DNA of 64,000 nt, taken from the NCBI GenBank assembly GCA_964187785.1, contig OZ076410.1:54684001-54748000 (forward strand), written 5' to 3'. Positions 60,100-64,000 of this stretch are shown here, piece by piece (position 1 is the first letter of the stretch; the number at the start of each line of letters is the position of its first letter). The notes under the pieces are model-generated. The model saw only the letters and a list, made by a program, of their open reading frames with translations. It had not been told where the DNA came from and made no database searches. A program made the translations under genes and the position numbers. Origin of the DNA: Amphiscolops sp. MND2022 (taxonomy: Eukaryota).

Positions 60100-61959
60100 T
60101 AACATTGATAGGTTGATTTTAACCTATTCTAAACATGATTATCGTTTGTTTGGCATCTCTGTGAAGTTTTTAGATCTGTTTTTGATTAGGAAGTTTTGTT
60201 TTTGCACTGCAAACATCCTTCATATCTGCACAGGTTCGCAAAGCCTCTGTGAGCTTTCGCCTTTTCTTCGAAGTGTTGACGAGCACTCAAACTAGACTAT
60301 CAGGCTTACTTTCACAAGGAACAGATTGACTTCGCATGTCGAAAATCTCAAGTTGAACACCGGCAAGCAGTTAGGAAAAACCGCAGAAGTCGAGAAGTTC
60401 ATGCTTTCGAAGTGGGAGACAGACTTACAATCGCGTTCGAAGAAATGTCGTTCCGTAAGGGATACAAACAGCAACATATATGAGAAGTTTTTCGGTTCAG
60501 TCAATTCAGCAATCCATCGCGCGAACCAATAACCTACAGGCTAGCTGCGAGATTTGAAAAAAAAGCGAGCCATCATTGTGTCCATTTTATTCTGAAGAAA
60601 TTACTCTTTACAATTACTGGCCTGATCGGAGTCGGTTGCTTCATCAGCGAGTATTATTTCAGGCGTTCCAGACATTTCACGTTTAAATTATATGTTCACC
60701 ACATTACAATCACATAATAAAGAGCTTGTTGCATAGTTGGGTTCGCAACTAAACCCAAAACCGCATTTTACCATTGCATTTTCCTATAACACGTCTCCAC
60801 ACCTGCATCTCTCAAATACTTTGGCGTGTTTCAGTAACTGTTTACAAGCAGCAATTGAACTAGAGGAAAGGTGGCAAGTTGGCAAGTTGGACTTACTATG
60901 TGGGTGGGAAAACTGATGAAGAATTTCAAAGTATTGAAGTTGTTTAACCAACCTTTTACCAGGTCTTTGAAGTGACATTTAGTGACATTCACTGACCACG
61001 AGGGGAATGAAGCAAAACGAGTTTGAAAAAGTCTTTCAAGTGGATGATCAATTTTGAGACAAGTCTCTGTTGAATTACACAGAAACCGTCAAGTGTGCTG
61101 ATTTTTCGCCCAATCTTTTCCACATTCTAGGTTGTGAGCTGGTTAAATATTCGTGAAAACATGCACCGGGAGTCAAGAAATGTCATCCTTTTCCTCAATG
61201 TACATTCATTTTGGCATCAAGTTCACGTGTATGGGGACTTTTTTTAGAGCAGCAGTTCGTCGGCAAATGCCGTGCTCCACTTCTCAATACATTCTCTTTG
61301 ATTAGTCCACAACAGATGCTGCCGAAGGGGGAGGAGAAGACACCTGGAGGCTCTTTCGGCTAAGGTGCCTGATCCATTATGTCAGTTCCCAATCCTGGTT
61401 TTGAAAAGGTTTCAAAGAAGAACAATGTTGTTATGCTCTTGGAATTGCGCACAGAAACCAGGGATTTGATTACTGTTCAACTCATTTCGAAATTTTGTAA
61501 AATTCCATTGCGTTTGTCTTTCTGTTAGCGATAAAACCCAGGCAGGATGTCATTCGTCTATTCATCTGTAAAACCTAATCATATCGAGCGGCACTTGTCT
61601 AGACTTTTTTTCAAAAAGATCGCCGTCCCGCCAGTTTGGTAGCCGTTTTGGAACAGCCAATAAAAAGTGCTTCCGATGATGAGAATACTTGGAAATCCTG
61701 CTGTAAAATCTTTACTTCGAGCAGCTGAGTCAGAAGTGATCAATGTCTTAGATGGGACTGGGAAGCATAAAGCCGAAGTGAAGAAACTATTTGCAAAACA
61801 ATCAGACAGTAAGTTGGAAGAAAAGGGGGAGAGTGGCTTCCCGAGACAAAAATAAGGCGATTGGTGCCAAAAAAGTGCGAAAATCGGAAACAGAACAAAA
61901 AACTCTTGTAGGTTTTATGAAAGCACATCGATGAAAAAATCCTTTTAGTCTTGGTTAAG

Positions 61960-62960
61960 GCCATGATTTACACCAGTATTGTTTTGGCCTGGGCTTTCTG
62001 ACAGATGCCAGTACGTAAATCAGATAGGCACAACCCGGCGTTTGCTTGCAATGCCATGCCATTTGGTATGTGCAATGCTTCAGCAATTTTCCAGCGAGCC
62101 ATAACCCGAGCGCTACGGGAAATTGCCATCCGGGAAGGAGATGGCGTTTATTGACGAACTCGTCATTGCTACCAAGATAGTCGAGGACCAGATTGTACGC
62201 TTACGCGAAGTGTTTAAAGTTTGCACGAAACAGGTTTCAAAATGAGGGTCGCCAAATGCGACTTCATGAAGTCGTAAATCAAGTTTCTGGGACGGGTGAT
62301 CTCTACCAAAGGTATCAAACAGAATTCTAAAACAGTGTCTAAACTACACGATTGGGAAGTTCCTAGGAACAAAAGGAACTGCAAAATTTCTCGAACTTCG
62401 CCAACTCTTGTCGCAATTTATTCCTCGACATGCCAAGTTTGTGGACTCATTGCATGCTATTACCGGCCTGGAGGGGACTTTTGCCGGGGGATGAGCAGAA
62501 ACATGCTTTGAACGCATTAAGTTGACCTTGATCGAGGCAACTGCCTGGGCATAACCGGATTCAGACGGCGAATTTATGATGGACCTTGATGCCAGTGCTG
62601 TTGCAATTTCCGGCATTTTGAATCAGTGGCAATGTCCTCCAGGCTAAAGGCGCCTGAGACAAATTGTGTGTGGCGGCAAAAATTGAAAGCCACTCAAGCA
62701 AGGTATGGCGCTCCCAACCTTGAGATGTATGCTGCCTATCATTTCATTGTCCAAAATCATAGCGATCTCTCTTCCCAAAGTTCACTATGAGGGCGGACAA
62801 TCAGGCTTTGTCCTGGCTGAAAAGGTCCTCCACTGATCAGGCCTTAATTGGTTGATAGATTATGGCACTCGAGAAATGCCAATTCAGGGTAGAGCATCGC
62901 CCCAGCACGACCCAGCAGCAACGCAATGCCGGATTGCACGAAATAGGACCCGGACGTCAG
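61960..62960 (+). pseudogene. Ty3/Gypsy pol remnant (RT + RNase H)
   Basis: AF.QMPVRKSDR, MPFGMCNASAIFQR, IDELVIATK..EDQ..RL.EVF (YxDD region), MDLDASAVAISGILNQ, YGAPNLEMYA, ADNQALSWLK, RVEHRP..Q.NA; heavily frameshifted. Confidence 0.88.
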
Positions 62961-64000
62961 ATTGTGTTTCCTGGATCCTACAACCTAACTTGGACGATTA
63001 TATTGTATTCGACCGAACTGAATTCTTGCAGCTGCAGGGCCATGTTGCACTTTGCTGCCCTGCAGATCGTGATACCAATTATGTGGCCTTGCGCTAAATT
63101 CTTTGTGGGCGTGGCAGCGACAAAATATTCCAATTTCGCCCAAAAGTTAGCGAAGACCTAACTATTCCAACACCATTATCTTTCGTGGATATTCAGGTCA
63201 TTCACCTGCTGATAATAGCGTGCGCCCAAATTACCGAAGATTTCGTCCTATACTTGGGGCATTTGAAAGCATCATTTTGACCAACGAAACCCCTGATGTT
63301 CACTTCCCTATAGAGAACCTTGAGCGCCCACTTCGCAACTTGGACAATCTCTATCATTGTGTCATGGACGTTTTTGCAGCAACTGTTTTCACACTTATTC
63401 TGCATGGTCGCGTCTATGTCTCCATTGTCAGTGTTAGACAATTTCCTGGCATAACCTAAGTTTAATGTTTTATCTTTTTTGTCTATTTTATTTTTGAGTA
63501 CCTGATACTTCATGCTTGATACGTCCTTCTGGTAGCACGCGTTGCTACCGGATGATGCTGTCGACACATTCCAAACTACACTCCACTTCGTTCCAAGGGG
63601 CAGGAGGGGGTTCTCGTCAACGTCTACTTCATCCTCTTGCATATTTTTTTTGGTCATTGCTTGTTGTTCATTTTCATATCAAAGAGGGTGCTCAATGACT
63701 AAAACCCGGAGAGTCAACGAAAGCGCGGGGATCCCAATTCGAGGTAGTGACGCTCATTTAAGCAATTTTTTTTTCAAAACTTCAGTTGTAGTCTTGTAAA
63801 TTTCATGGAAAATTTGTTTCGCTGTTTCTTTGAGAAGCATGATTCAGAATACTTCTATGAATGCTACAGGTAACCCAAAAATTCTACATGCTTTGCCCAA
63901 AAGGTGCTGTCTTTGTTATTTTTTGCGTATTTTTCCCTAGGTTTTTAGTATCGGCTTCCAGGTTTCAACGTGACACTCGGAAAGGGCGGAACTCGCGCGC

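Noticed and set aside
60110-61700. Non-LTR retrotransposon fragment or host exons
   Set aside because: Short coding-like ORFs only, with no diagnostic motif or consistent splice phases.
63202-63657. 151-aa minus-strand gene with an apparent 51-nt intron
   Set aside because: Splicing the apparent intron leads to a stop, and no domain is recognised in the unspliced frame.

Overview
AT-rich animal (eukaryotic) genomic DNA with two assembly gaps (33514-33664, 35712-36134). It is not prokaryotic, and there is no CRISPR array or rRNA. The host scaffold is a + strand SLC4 (AE2/AE3-like) anion-exchanger gene. I could thread seven phase-consistent GT-AG exons between ~3.95 and 33.18 kb, and its membrane-domain exons were not found in the window. 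Its introns are filled with nested mobile DNA: a hAT element and a hAT MITE with perfect 8-bp TSDs, a FLYWCH-MULE with a 9-bp TSD, a Tc1/pogo-type MITE, CRE-clade non-LTR relics, many Helentron/HINE-like repeats and satellites. The 14.2-kb intron (18206-32360) holds a decayed Polinton/Maverick (adintovirus-like) genome (integrase, minor capsid, core-like protein, major capsid, adenain protease, pPolB). An EGF-family ligand gene lies next to it, followed by a Copia fragment and a very divergent RPS2/uS5 pseudogene. The best candidate for an undescribed system is a six-exon gene at 38243-43786 (~1360 codons). It fuses a PR-Set7-like SET methyltransferase, two Zn-finger-like motifs, a tyrosine-recombinase domain and a C-terminal Myb/SANT-like domain, and has a triplicated CCAAT promoter and a divergent small secreted ORF. 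The right third of the window holds Ty3/Gypsy relics and large fold-back inverted repeats. All calls come from manual translation and motif recall; no database search was run.
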